64,000 nt of DNA from Phycisphaerales bacterium (GCA_030748575.1 JASMLR010000001.1:133900-197899); one strand, 5' to 3'; numbered from the stretch's first letter, positions 1-9,907 are shown. The notes: a model not told the origin generated them from the sequence alone. Made by a program: numbers and translations.

Positions 1-2
1 TC

Positions 3-1085
3 GAGCTTGGCTTTGCCGGGGCGAGCGTTGTGATCGCCGTGCTGATCATCGGGATGGTCGCCATTCTGCTCGTTCCGAGGCTGCTACGCAGCACCCACAT
101 CAGCGGCAACCGTGAGTTGCCGGTGGTGCTGGCCGTCGTCACCGGTGTGCTTGCCGCATGGCTCTCTCATGAACTGGGTCTGTCGGCCGCGATTGGCGCT
201 TTCATCGCGGGGCTGGCACTCGCCAACTCGCCGTATGCGCGGCAGATTCGAGCCGACGTGACCGGGCTCAAGGCGATCTTTCTGACGATCTTCTTCGCCA
301 GCATCGGGACGCTGGCGGATCTGCCATGGATCTTCAGCGGTGAACGGATCTTAGTGGTGCTGCTGCTTGCGTGCCTCATCATTGTCGGCAAGACCTTGGT
401 GGCGGGCTTTGCTGTGAGGCTGTCGGGAGCGGCCATCGGGACGGCGCTGGCGACCGGGTTGTGCCTGGCGCAGGTCGGCGAGTTCTCATTCGTTCTCGGT
501 GGCGTGGCCCGCAATGAGGGCCTCATTGACGATGAGACGCTGGACATCTTTCTGGCGGCCTCGGTGGTCACGCTGCTGCTGGTCCCCGCCCTGATCGCGG
601 CAGCGCCGCGTGTGGCGGCCCGCGCCTCGGGTGCGGTCACGCTTGGCGATGTGAAGGCGGGGCAGGGCCGCGCCATCGTCATCGGTGTGGGCCCATCGGC
701 CTGGCCCTCCATCGAAGGGATTCGGGAGGCCGGCGTGCCGATCACCGTCGTCGACTTCAACAGCACCGCCGTACAACGCATTCGGGACGAGGGGGACGGC
801 GGCGTCGTCGGCGACGCACGACGGGCCGACATTCTGCGGACCGCGGGCGTGGGGGCCGCACGGCTGATCGTCGTGAGCCTGCCTGATCCGCATGCGGCGG
901 CCGAGACCATTGAGCAGGTGCGCATTTTGGCGGCATCGGTGCCGATCGTCGCGCGGTGCAGGTACAACCGATCCGAACCATTCCTGCGGCGGGCGGGTGC
1001 GACCAGCGTCATCCTCGAAGAGGATGCCGTCGGCCTGGTCCTCGGCCGCGCCGCGTGCGAGTTCCTGGAGCAGGCGCCGATCTGA
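3..1085 (+). CDS. Kef/CPA2-type cation:proton antiporter, C-terminal portion with RCK (TrkA-N) domain; 5' end lies outside the window
   Basis: The frame is open from base 3 to TGA 1083-1085. Several hydrophobic helices (GLSAAIGAFIAGLALANS, IFLTIFFASIGTLADL, LCLAQVGEFSFVLG) are followed by a Rossmann-like segment (RAIVIGVGPS...PITVVDFN...ARLIVVSLPD). Confidence 0.8.
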   Translation, partial: ELGFAGASVVIAVLIIGMVAILLVPRLLRSTHISGNRELPVVLAVVTGVLAAWLSHELGLSAAIGAFIAGLALANSPYARQIRADVTGLKAIFLTIFFASIGTLADLPWIFSGERILVVLLLACLIIVGKTLVAGFAVRLSGAAIGTALATGLCLAQVGEFSFVLGGVARNEGLIDDETLDIFLAASVVTLLLVPALIAAAPRVAARASGAVTLGDVKAGQGRAIVIGVGPSAWPSIEGIREAGVPITVVDFNSTAVQRIRDEGDGGVVGDARRADILRTAGVGAARLIVVSLPDPHAAAETIEQVRILAASVPIVARCRYNRSEPFLRRAGATSVILEEDAVGLVLGRAACEFLEQAPI

Positions 1086-2578
1086 TGGGTGGGCGCCGGG
1101 AGGCGCCCATGCGCGGATCAACCCATACGTTCATCCTTGAGGGCGTCGATGCCGCGCCGTGTCGCGTTGAAGCTGCGGTCATCAACGGCCGTACGCCCAG
1201 AACGACGGTCGTGGGTCTTCCGGATGCCGCTGTTCGCGAGGCGGTCGATCGGGTTCAGGCAGCGATGGAAGTCTCCGGGCTGAAGTACCCGGAGGGCCGG
1301 GTCACCATCAATCTCTCGCCGGCGTCCCACCGGAAGGAGGGGCCGTCGTATGACCTTCCGATCGCCATTGCGTTGATGCTGGCCGGCGGCATGCTCGATC
1401 GCGCAGCGCGATCCCGCGCCGCCGACTGCCTGTTCGCCGGAGAGCTCCGCCTGGACGGCGGGCTGGCGGCGATCACCGGCGGCGTCGCCATGGCGGATCT
1501 GGCGGCCAGGTCCAAGGTAGGCACGGTCATCCTGCCCTTTGAGTCGGCGGGGGTTGCGGCGTTGGTCGGCGGAGTACGCGTGCTCTCCGCTACGTCACTT
1601 CTCGACGTGGTGCAGCACCTCGCAGGGGGGCAGCCGCTGCCGCCGGCCGAGCCGATGCGTTTGCTGCGGGGGTCAGCCGACGTGGATCTGGCCGACGTTC
1701 GCGGCCAGGCGCTGCCTCGTCGCGCGCTTGCGGTGGCCGCGGCGGGCTGGCACAACCTGCTCATGGTGGGCCCTCCCGGGACCGGAAAGACAACCCTGGC
1801 CCGATGCCTGCCTGGCATCCTGCCACCTCCGAGCCCGTTGGAAACACTCGAGATGGCGCGGGTGGCCTCCGTCGTCGGGGCGGTGCCATCCCGATCACGA
1901 CCCTTTCGGAGCCCGCACCACACTGCATCGGCGGCGGCCATTGTCGGCGGTGGTGCCAGACCTCGACCAGGAGAGATCACGCTGGCCCATCACGGCGTGC
2001 TGTTTCTCGACGAACTGCCCGAGTTTGCCCGGCCAGCGCTGGAGGCCCTTCGGGAGCCGCTTGAGCGTGATGAAGTTCGCATTGCGCGGGCTGGTGGCCG
2101 CGTCTGTTTCCCCGCGCGGGTGCTGCTGGTTGCGGCCATGAACCCCACCCGAAGCGGGCATGGGCGACCCGGGTCGGATGGCTCGCTCCATCGCCTCTCC
2201 GGGCCACTGCTTGATCGCATTGACCTGCATGTCGAAGTGCCCTCGGTTCCGATTCGGATGCTGTCAGGTGAGGGGCACGGACAGTCATCGGAGGTCGTTC
2301 GCAAGCGCATTCTGACTGCCCGGCGGATGCAGAGGAACCGGCAGGGGGGCGTCCTGAATGGGCGGCTGTCTTCGCGGCAACTCGATGCGTGGGCAGTCAT
2401 GCGGCCGGGGGCAGAGGCCGTGCTGCAGCGTTCGGTCGAGGACCTTGGCCTGAGCGCCCGGGCCTGGGATCGCCTGCGGCGGGTCGCCCGCACCCTGGCG
2501 GATCTGGATGAACTGGACGTGATTGAAGAGGCTCACGTCGCGGAGGCAGTGCAGTTCCGGTGGCTCGACCGGTCGTGA
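1085..2578 (+). CDS. comM: YifB/ComM-family Mg-chelatase-like AAA+ ATPase
   Basis: ATG 1085 overlaps the upstream stop (TGATG). It has a Lon-like N-domain (INLSPASHRKEGPSYDLPIAIAL), Walker A GPPGTGKTT and Walker B VLFLDELPEF. ATG 1109 is an alternative start. The 956-1084 part of the tracked ORF overlaps the antiporter gene and is not used. Confidence 0.9.
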   Translation: MGGRREAPMRGSTHTFILEGVDAAPCRVEAAVINGRTPRTTVVGLPDAAVREAVDRVQAAMEVSGLKYPEGRVTINLSPASHRKEGPSYDLPIAIALMLAGGMLDRAARSRAADCLFAGELRLDGGLAAITGGVAMADLAARSKVGTVILPFESAGVAALVGGVRVLSATSLLDVVQHLAGGQPLPPAEPMRLLRGSADVDLADVRGQALPRRALAVAAAGWHNLLMVGPPGTGKTTLARCLPGILPPPSPLETLEMARVASVVGAVPSRSRPFRSPHHTASAAAIVGGGARPRPGEITLAHHGVLFLDELPEFARPALEALREPLERDEVRIARAGGRVCFPARVLLVAAMNPTRSGHGRPGSDGSLHRLSGPLLDRIDLHVEVPSVPIRMLSGEGHGQSSEVVRKRILTARRMQRNRQGGVLNGRLSSRQLDAWAVMRPGAEAVLQRSVEDLGLSARAWDRLRRVARTLADLDELDVIEEAHVAEAVQFRWLDRS

Positions 2579-2704
2579 TGTGGGGATCGCGGGGTCGGCC
2601 TGGCGCCGTTGCGACTGACCGCTGGAATCCAGATGCGTGGGGAGTACCATCGGGCCTGCAGCCCATGGAGATCGCGGCGAGGTGCCGCCGGCAGGGAGGG
2701 TGGC

Positions 2705-3052
2705 ATGCAAACACAACAACTGGCAACCAACCCCGTGGTCCGAGCCAACACATGCTCGTCGCAAACATCCATCCTTGGATGGTTCGCGGGATTGGCCTAC
2801 TACAACTGGTTTGCAGGTGATCCCATTTCAGTCCCATTCTGGGCGCAGATCATCCTGATCATTGGCGGCCTCTTTGCGTCGTCGATCATCATCGGCGGCG
2901 GGTTGGCGATCCTGGCGGGAATCGTGACCAAGGTAGTGACGGGACGCTTTGACGGCAGCCCAAATGCCTTCGCATGGGCGGCGCTGGTGAGCCCGGTGCT
3001 CAACTTCATCGCAGTCAGATACGCCTTGCTTCTTTTTTCGTCACCTGCTTGA
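2705..3052 (+). CDS. hypothetical small integral membrane protein
   Basis: A GGGAGGG Shine-Dalgarno sits 5 nt upstream of ATG 2705. There are hydrophobic helices (FWAQIILIIGGLFASSIIIGGGLAILAGIV, AFAWAALVSPVLNFIAV). I recognised no family. Confidence 0.5.
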   Translation: MQTQQLATNPVVRANTCSSQTSILGWFAGLAYYNWFAGDPISVPFWAQIILIIGGLFASSIIIGGGLAILAGIVTKVVTGRFDGSPNAFAWAALVSPVLNFIAVRYALLLFSSPA

Positions 3053-3112
3053 TGACATCAGCCTGCGGAGTCCCGGCACCTGCCGGCGCTGCGCCTCGGT
3101 TCTGCAGGACGC

Positions 3113-6106
3113 TCACAGGCCCGGCGCAAAGCCTCGCCGCATCGTGTTCTCGCAGACGGCACGCGGAACCGTGAACTGTGAGAGGTAGTCGCCGCCGCCG
3201 GCCTTGGATCCGACTCCAGACATTCCGAATCCGCCGAAGGGTTGTCTGCCCACCAGCGCGCCGGTGCTGCCACGATTGAGGTAGAGATTGCCGACCCGAA
3301 ATGTGCGGCGCGCCACCTCAAGGTGGGAAGGCCGTCTGCTGTACACGGCTCCGGTGAGTTTGTACTCGGTGCTATTGGCCATCTCGATGGCGGCTTCGAA
3401 GCTCGGCGCGTGCATGACGGCCAGAACCGGTCCGAACACTTCTTCTCGGGCGAGCCGGTGATGAGGCTCAATACCGGTGAACACGTGGGGAGCCACGTAC
3501 GGCTTTCCTGTCTGCTGCTCGAGGCCCTGAGGAATCGTTGCTGCTGCGGCGAGCGTGCCTTCCTCGCGGCCGATCTCGATGTAGGAACGGATCTTGGCAG
3601 CCGCCTCTTCGTCGATCACTGGGCCGATGTCTGTGCCGGGTCGCAGTGGATCACCAACAACCAGCGTTTCCACGGATGGCAGCAGCCGGTCGACAAAGGG
3701 TTCAAGGGCCGAGCCGACGACGATCGCCCGACTGCAGGCTGAACACTTCTGGCCCTGGAAGTTGAAGGCGCTGTCGCGTACACCAAGGACGGCCTCGTCG
3801 AGATCTGCGGAGGTGTCGATGATGATCGCGTTCTTGCCACCCATTTCGCAGATGACGCGTTTGACGTGCGGCTGACCGTCAGGGACGACGCCACAGGCCT
3901 GCACGATGTCCAGTCCGACCGCCTTGGATCCGGTGAATGCGACCAATGCTGTCTTTGGATCGCGGACCAGACGAGCGCCGACCGTTTCCCCTTCGCCCGG
4001 AACGAAATGCAGGACGTCCTGAGGCACGCCTGCCTGGTGCAGCATGTCCACGAGCAACTTGGCGATGCCAGGAGTCTGCTCGGCAGGCTTGAGGACAACG
4101 GTATTGCCGGTGACGAGCGCGGCCACCGTCATGCCGCAGCAGATGGCGAGCGGGAAGTTCCACGGGCTGATGACGACCGCGACACCTCGCGGCTCGTGGA
4201 ACTCTGTGTCGAGTTCACCGATGAAGGCGCCCAGCCGCTTTGGCTGGAACATGCCAACGGCCTGACGTGCGTAATACTCGCAGAAGTCGATGGCCTCGCA
4301 CACGTCGCCGTCCGCCTCCCGCCAGGTCTTGCCGGACTCCCGGATGATCACGCCCGACAGGGCGTCTCGCCGTGCTCGCATGAGTTCGGCGCATCGCACC
4401 AGGGTCGCGGCCCGCTCACGCGGCACGGTGTCTCGCCAGGCGGGAAACGCCTGCGAGGCGGCCGCCATGGCGACGTCGGCCTGATCGGTGGTTGCGTCGA
4501 TGGCAACGTCGGGAACCATCGAATCTGCGATCTCGGCTGCGAACGCATCGCGTTGGGCGGCCTTGGAGAAGTCGCGAAGCGGCTCCGTGAAGAACGGCCG
4601 TCCGTCACCGACGCCTTCGGCGGCGACGGAGAGCCCGTGTCGTTCCGGACCCTCCTTGATGCGGGCGACACCCGGGTCGGTCGCGGGATCTTCACCATGC
4701 GGCGGAGCCAGTTGTGCGGCGGCGTCACAGTCACCCACCGAACTGCCCCGGAGCCACGATTCGTTGGACGTGTTCTCCAGGAGTCGCCGGACGAGATACG
4801 CCATGCCCGGAATCATCTCTCCCACCGGCACGTACTCACGAAGCCTCCAGTTCCGCGAGACGGCGACGGCTTTGAGCTGGTCAGCCATGCCGTGCAGCAT
4901 CTGCAGTTCGAGCGCTTCGTGGGGGAGTCCGCGTTTCTCAAGGAGCGCCACCGCGACGGCGATGGATCGGAGATTGTGTGAGCCGAGCGCCAACTTGACG
5001 CCGCCCTGATCGGCGGCGGTCGGCATGGCCTCGATGAACCGTGCCGTCATCCGCTCGAAACAGGCGTCGGTGTCGCGTTTGCGTGACCAGACGGGTACGG
5101 GCCACCCGTGCATCTCTGCTTCAATCGTCTCGGCGTCCCAGTAGGCACCCTTGACGAGGCGTACCGTGACCTGCCTTCCGCAGCCACGGGCCCATTCAAT
5201 CATGCGGCGAGCGTCGTCGTCGCCGCTGCGGAGATAGGCCTGCATGGCCAAGCCCGCCGGGAAGTCGAAGCGTTCGCAGCACCGCTGAAACAGTTCGAGC
5301 GTGAGATCCTTGAGCGCCTCGTGCTCCATGTCAAAGTTGACGAGCACGCCGCGTCGACCGGCCTGCTCCAGGATGGGCCGCAGCGCCTCAACGAGGCCGT
5401 CGATCGAACCGGTGGGGTCGATCGGGTCCGTGCGGGCATAGAGGGAACTGATTTTGATCGAGACGTTGGCTCGAGGGACGACGCCGATGTGGTCACGCTC
5501 CAGGATCGGGTTGTCGGGCCATGCAGCGACTTCGTCGGGAAGATTGTCCACAAGATCGAGGTACCGCTGCTGGTAGATCTCCGCTTCCCGGTCAGAGACG
5601 CACGCTTCACCGAGGAGGTCGACCGAAAATGCCATTCCGTCGGACCAGAGTCGGCGGAGCATGGGCAGTGCCGAAGCGGCATCGGTGCCCGCAATGAACC
5701 GTTTGGCCATCCCCTCGATTCGGCCTGCCACCGTCCGGGTCATGGCGCCCTTGGCGAACCCGCCAGCCTTCAATCCGAGCCCGAGCCCCGGGGGCAGGGT
5801 GACGCCTGGCTGCGACAGGTAGTCGTCGAGATGCTCGTGCACGTCCTCTTTGGTCGCCAGGGACGGGAAGCAGTCCACGAACCGAAACAACTGCACCTTG
5901 AAGGCCTCGTCCTTCATGGCCCAGTCCATCAACTTGTCAGACCAGAACGCGGCCGAAAGCAGGCCCTTGCCATGCTTGTCCGCCTCTGCCATCAGGTTGG
6001 CGCCGATCCTGGCCGCAGCGGCCTCCACGTCTCGATCAAAGGGGCTCGAACCGGCTTGAACGGCGGTCGGGGCGGGCGGCTTGGTACGTCGTGCGAAGAG
6101 TGCCAT
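3113..6106 (-). CDS. putA: bifunctional proline dehydrogenase / L-glutamate gamma-semialdehyde (P5C) dehydrogenase
   Basis: The 997-aa protein has an N-terminal PRODH barrel (AFSVDLLGE, RLVKGAYWD) and a C-terminal ALDH domain (FTGSKAVG, EMGGKNAIII, catalytic Cys in FQGQKCSACSR). There is no N-terminal RHH DNA-binding domain. Confidence 0.95.
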   Translation of the reverse strand: MALFARRTKPPAPTAVQAGSSPFDRDVEAAAARIGANLMAEADKHGKGLLSAAFWSDKLMDWAMKDEAFKVQLFRFVDCFPSLATKEDVHEHLDDYLSQPGVTLPPGLGLGLKAGGFAKGAMTRTVAGRIEGMAKRFIAGTDAASALPMLRRLWSDGMAFSVDLLGEACVSDREAEIYQQRYLDLVDNLPDEVAAWPDNPILERDHIGVVPRANVSIKISSLYARTDPIDPTGSIDGLVEALRPILEQAGRRGVLVNFDMEHEALKDLTLELFQRCCERFDFPAGLAMQAYLRSGDDDARRMIEWARGCGRQVTVRLVKGAYWDAETIEAEMHGWPVPVWSRKRDTDACFERMTARFIEAMPTAADQGGVKLALGSHNLRSIAVAVALLEKRGLPHEALELQMLHGMADQLKAVAVSRNWRLREYVPVGEMIPGMAYLVRRLLENTSNESWLRGSSVGDCDAAAQLAPPHGEDPATDPGVARIKEGPERHGLSVAAEGVGDGRPFFTEPLRDFSKAAQRDAFAAEIADSMVPDVAIDATTDQADVAMAAASQAFPAWRDTVPRERAATLVRCAELMRARRDALSGVIIRESGKTWREADGDVCEAIDFCEYYARQAVGMFQPKRLGAFIGELDTEFHEPRGVAVVISPWNFPLAICCGMTVAALVTGNTVVLKPAEQTPGIAKLLVDMLHQAGVPQDVLHFVPGEGETVGARLVRDPKTALVAFTGSKAVGLDIVQACGVVPDGQPHVKRVICEMGGKNAIIIDTSADLDEAVLGVRDSAFNFQGQKCSACSRAIVVGSALEPFVDRLLPSVETLVVGDPLRPGTDIGPVIDEEAAAKIRSYIEIGREEGTLAAAATIPQGLEQQTGKPYVAPHVFTGIEPHHRLAREEVFGPVLAVMHAPSFEAAIEMANSTEYKLTGAVYSRRPSHLEVARRTFRVGNLYLNRGSTGALVGRQPFGGFGMSGVGSKAGGGDYLSQFTVPRAVCENTMRRGFAPGL

Positions 6107-6117
6107 CTTGGGCTCGA

Positions 6118-6123
6118 AGTATA
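6118..6123 (-). promoter_or_regulatory. -10-like box TATACT 11 nt upstream of the putA ATG
   Basis: The minus strand reads GGATCTCTATACTTCGAGCCCAAGATG. It shares CGAAGTATAGA (plus-strand reading) with the box upstream of the P-type ATPase. Confidence 0.4.
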
Positions 6124-6145
6124 GAGATCCGTCGCCGGGTGCTGG

Positions 6146-7621
6146 TCAGCCGGGATGGGATGCCATGGCCGCGGACACGTCCTCGTAGACCTGCTCGCAG
6201 CGGGCCGCAGCATCGGCCCAGGTCAGCCGGCGAATGTCGATGACGCCATGCCTTCGGAGCGTCTGGCCGAGGGGCGGGTGCCGAAGCACGGCGACAATCT
6301 TGTCGGCCATGGCCTCCGTGTCCCAGAAGTCACACTTCAGGGCGTGCGTCAGGACCTCGCTGGCGCCGGACGACTTTGAGATGAGCACGGGGACGTTGTG
6401 CCCCATCGCCTCCAGGGGCGCAATGCCGAATGGCTCCGACACGGAGGGCATCACGAACAGATCCGCCATGGCGAACACCTTGTCGATGTCGGGGCCCCGC
6501 AGGAACCCGGTGAAGAGGAAGTGCTGCCCGATCCCGAGTTCCGCGGCCAGTTCGATGCAGCGGCGGTAGAGATCGCCCGATCCGGCGACGATGAACCGAA
6601 CGTCCGGCTCCACCTCAAGCACGCGGGCGGCGGCCCGGATGAAGTACTCCGGCCCCTTCTGTCGCGTGATACGGCCGAAGTACAGCACGATCTTCTCTCG
6701 GCGTCCGATCGGGCCGGCGCCGCTTGCGATGGGGTCGATGGCAACACCGTTGTAGACCACGGTGACCTTGTCCGGGTTGACGCCGTATCGGCGGATCACG
6801 ATGTTCCGCGTCAGGCGGGACACCGTGATCACCCGCATCGCGCCATGCATGCCGCGGCGCTCGATGTCGTAGATCTGCTGGTTGACCTGCTCGCCGCTTC
6901 GGTCGAACTCCGTGGAGTGAACGTGAACGACCAGCGGCTTGCCGGACCTGCGGGCCACTTCCAATCCAGCCGGGTAGGTCATCCAGTCGTGGGCGTGCAC
7001 GACATCGAAGTCCCGCGTCCTGGCGGCCGCTCCGGCAAATGCGGCAAACCGGCGGACCTCCGTCATGACGTCGCCCGAGTAGTCCGTCTTGCCGCCTTCG
7101 GCGGGTGGGGCCGCGGCCTGCTCGGCTTCTTGCGCTTCCGGGTGCCGCGCTTCGGTCGCCACGGTCTCTGGACCGCCGCCGCCGCCACTTGCAGTCTGCC
7201 GCTCACCGTCGCTATCGCTGCCGATGGCCGCCACCGGGCTGTTGGGGTCGGCCTGGTCATAGGGCTGCATCAGCCGAACCGGCAGATGCACAAACTCGAC
7301 GTCTTCAGAGAAGGGCTGCCGCTCTGATTCGGGCGTCTCCGGTGACGGAGTCGTCTGCGGTTGGGTGGCGGGGGGCCTTGACGGCGACGTATCGGCCGGC
7401 GTCGGAGTGGCCGGCGAGGCATCGGTCGGCGCAGACTCGGCGAGCGTCTCCGGGCTGAGCAGGTCGACGTGCGCCGAGGCGTTGGGGTCGGTGGCGCCAG
7501 GCATGACAAACGTGATGGCCAGACCGCGAGCGTCCATGGCGCGGGTGAGCCCGTGGCAGGCCGTGCCGAGGCCTCCCGTGATGTAGGGCGGGAACTCCCA
7601 ACCGAGCATGAAGACGCGCAT
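6146..7621 (-). CDS. glycosyltransferase, glycogen/starch-synthase-like (GT-B fold) with a low-complexity insertion
   Basis: ATG 7621 has AGGA 8 nt upstream. The N-terminus MRVFMLGWEFPPYITGGLGTACHGL and the segments DVVHAHDWMT and VMPSVSEPFGIAPLEAM are typical of GT5/GT4 synthases. Confidence 0.8.
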   Translation of the reverse strand: MRVFMLGWEFPPYITGGLGTACHGLTRAMDARGLAITFVMPGATDPNASAHVDLLSPETLAESAPTDASPATPTPADTSPSRPPATQPQTTPSPETPESERQPFSEDVEFVHLPVRLMQPYDQADPNSPVAAIGSDSDGERQTASGGGGGPETVATEARHPEAQEAEQAAAPPAEGGKTDYSGDVMTEVRRFAAFAGAAARTRDFDVVHAHDWMTYPAGLEVARRSGKPLVVHVHSTEFDRSGEQVNQQIYDIERRGMHGAMRVITVSRLTRNIVIRRYGVNPDKVTVVYNGVAIDPIASGAGPIGRREKIVLYFGRITRQKGPEYFIRAAARVLEVEPDVRFIVAGSGDLYRRCIELAAELGIGQHFLFTGFLRGPDIDKVFAMADLFVMPSVSEPFGIAPLEAMGHNVPVLISKSSGASEVLTHALKCDFWDTEAMADKIVAVLRHPPLGQTLRRHGVIDIRRLTWADAAARCEQVYEDVSAAMASHPG

Positions 7622-7737
7622 GGTTCGATCCTGTTGCCGATTGCAGGGGCTCCGGACGCACGTCCAAAGGGGGGCGCCGCCGAGGAACCGCAGCCCCGCA
7701 TGGTACCCTGCGCTCCGTGACGGCACCTGCTCCATCC

Positions 7738-8616
7738 ATGTCGGGTCGATCGTGGACGACGCGAGACCTGCTCGATTGGATCGAGGGGCACCTCTCGCAG
7801 AGAGGCGTCGACGAGCCCCTGCTCGTGGCCAGATGGCTGGTGGCTTCGGCCATTGGAACCGACGCGATCCACCTCTATACCGATCTTGATCGGCCCGCCT
7901 CCGAGCCTGAGCGAACCAGACTTCGTGACCTTGTGACCAGAGCCGGAATGCACGAGCCCGTGCAGTACCTCATTGGGGAGGCGGGATTCCTCGGCCGGCT
8001 GTTCAAGGTCGAGCCGGGTGTACTCATTCCGCGAACAGCGACCGAAACGCTGGTGCAGCATGTCCAGACGTGGTATCGGGGGATCGAGCCGGGCTCACGC
8101 CCGGACCCGCTGCGGGTGGCCGATATCGGTACGGGGAGCGGCTGCATCGCCGTCACCGTTGCCTTGCAGCAACCCTCTGCGGCCGTTGTGGCGATCGACT
8201 GCGAGCCGAGGGCTGTGGACCTGGCTCGGCGCAACGCTGCAACGCACGGCGTGGAAGACCGGGTCACGGTTGTTCAGGGAGACCTCTGCGGCCCGCTCGA
8301 GCAGCCCGTCGACGTCCTGCTCTCCAATCCGCCATACATCGACGACGCACGGTGGGCGAGTCTCGCTCCCAACGTCAAGGAGTGGGAACCCGAACTGGCG
8401 CTTCGGGGCGGCCCCGATGGCCTGGATGTCGTTCGTCGCCTGCTTGACCAGGCGGGGACGCACGTGCGTGCGGGCGGGCTGTTGATCATCGAGACAGACG
8501 ACCACCATGCGGCGGCGGCATGTGAGTTGGCGGCCAGTTCCGGCACTTGGCGTCACTGCCGCGTCTTGAAGGACGAGTTCGGCGACGACCGCTTCATGAC
8601 GGCTGACCGCGCGTGA
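7738..8616 (+). CDS. prmC: peptide chain release factor N5-glutamine methyltransferase
   Basis: It carries the SAM-binding motif VADIGTGSGCIA and the catalytic NPPY (LLSNPPYIDD). GTG 7717 is an alternative start. Confidence 0.85.
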   Translation: MSGRSWTTRDLLDWIEGHLSQRGVDEPLLVARWLVASAIGTDAIHLYTDLDRPASEPERTRLRDLVTRAGMHEPVQYLIGEAGFLGRLFKVEPGVLIPRTATETLVQHVQTWYRGIEPGSRPDPLRVADIGTGSGCIAVTVALQQPSAAVVAIDCEPRAVDLARRNAATHGVEDRVTVVQGDLCGPLEQPVDVLLSNPPYIDDARWASLAPNVKEWEPELALRGGPDGLDVVRRLLDQAGTHVRAGGLLIIETDDHHAAAACELAASSGTWRHCRVLKDEFGDDRFMTADRA

Positions 8617-8621
8617 ATCGC

Positions 8622-9812
8622 TCAGGTGGGCTGGTCCGACGCCGTGATGCAGAGGGCGTTGCGGATGGCTTCGATGAGCTGCGATGTCCTGAACGGTTTG
8701 AGCAGGATGCCCTGCACGCCATCAGCGCTCGCCCGGACAATGGTGTGCTCGGGGTCGTACCCGAATCCCGTCATCAGAACGACCGGGACCTCTGGGAGCA
8801 CCTGCCGGGTTCGGGTGAAGACCTCGTAGCCGGTCGCGTCGGGAAGTCTGATGTCCGAGACCACCATTGCAAATCCGTCCCCAGCCTCGGCGGCGGCCAG
8901 TGCCCGGAATGCGGTGGTGCCGCTTTCGCAGGACACGACGATACAGCCGAGTTGCTCAAGCACCTGCGAGACTTCGATCCGAACGCGGTCTTCGTCGTCG
9001 ACGACGAGCACGCGGCGACCGGCAAGTGCCGGATCCTGTTCGATGGAGTGCAGTTCATGTTCGGCGTCGATGACCGACCGCGGGCCCGCGGCACACGCCG
9101 ACACGCGGTTGGTCATGTCGGTCACGATGCGGTTCAACCGGCTCGCCAGATCCGGGTCGCGTGTGGACGCAGCGAGGTCGCGAAGTTCCGAGAGCGGGCG
9201 TTCAAGTTCGGCGCTCATGCTGCGAGACACCTGCTCGCAGGTCGTCGCCCGCTCCACGACCAGCAGGTCGAGCGTGTGCAGGGCCGAGGCGATCTCGATG
9301 GCGAATCGCTCCGCGAGTCTCTGGTCCTCCTCCGAGAACGAGTCGGGCGAGTTGGACTCGATATTGAAGACGCCGACCACCTGATCATGCACGAGCAGTG
9401 GGACCGTCAGCGAACTTCCGGCGTCATCCAGACCCTCATTGTAGAGGGGGTCACGCCGGGCATCTGCGCACCGGTACGAACGCCCGGTCGCGGCCACCCA
9501 CCCCGAGATTCCATTGCCGGTCTCGGACGCGATGATCGACTCGCCGATTCTCAATGGCGAGATGTTCTCGGAGATCACCAGTTCCAGACGCCTGGAGCCA
9601 GGAGACAGCAGCCGGATTTCAAAGTGATCGAATCGGAGCATCTGCTTGACGGCCGAGACGATGCGCCGCTCAAGCACCGAGAGCCGCTCGGCGACCGTCG
9701 TGCGGGCGATCTCTCCGCGGTCAAGATGAAGGGAGGGCATCGCCGCGTCTGCACCGAAGGCTCTGTTGGGCCCTTTCCCGGAGGAATCAGATGTGGGCGA
9801 CCGTTGGTCCAT
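8622..9812 (-). CDS. response regulator with N-terminal GAF domain and C-terminal receiver domain, no recognisable output domain
   Basis: The GAF-like core is GISGWVAATGRSYRCADARRDPLY...SSLTVPLLVHDQVVGVFNIES. The receiver is RVLVVDDEDRV...MVVSDIRLPDATGYEV...VVLMTGFG...ILLKPF. Confidence 0.8.
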   Translation of the reverse strand: MDQRSPTSDSSGKGPNRAFGADAAMPSLHLDRGEIARTTVAERLSVLERRIVSAVKQMLRFDHFEIRLLSPGSRRLELVISENISPLRIGESIIASETGNGISGWVAATGRSYRCADARRDPLYNEGLDDAGSSLTVPLLVHDQVVGVFNIESNSPDSFSEEDQRLAERFAIEIASALHTLDLLVVERATTCEQVSRSMSAELERPLSELRDLAASTRDPDLASRLNRIVTDMTNRVSACAAGPRSVIDAEHELHSIEQDPALAGRRVLVVDDEDRVRIEVSQVLEQLGCIVVSCESGTTAFRALAAAEAGDGFAMVVSDIRLPDATGYEVFTRTRQVLPEVPVVLMTGFGYDPEHTIVRASADGVQGILLKPFRTSQLIEAIRNALCITASDQPT

Positions 9813-9878
9813 ATGCCCAGCCTCACAAGCACTCAGGGAAAGCCTACCTCATGTTTCCAACCCGGCAAGCGATTCGCC

Positions 9879-9907
9879 TTGACAGCAGCCACATGTGACG
9901 GAACGAT
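9879..9907 (+). promoter_or_regulatory. candidate sigma70-like promoter (TTGACA-N17-AACGAT) upstream of the ABC operon
   Basis: TTGACA lies at 9879-9884, then a 17-nt spacer, then a weak -10 AACGAT at 9902-9907, 36 nt before ATG 9944. Confidence 0.3.
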
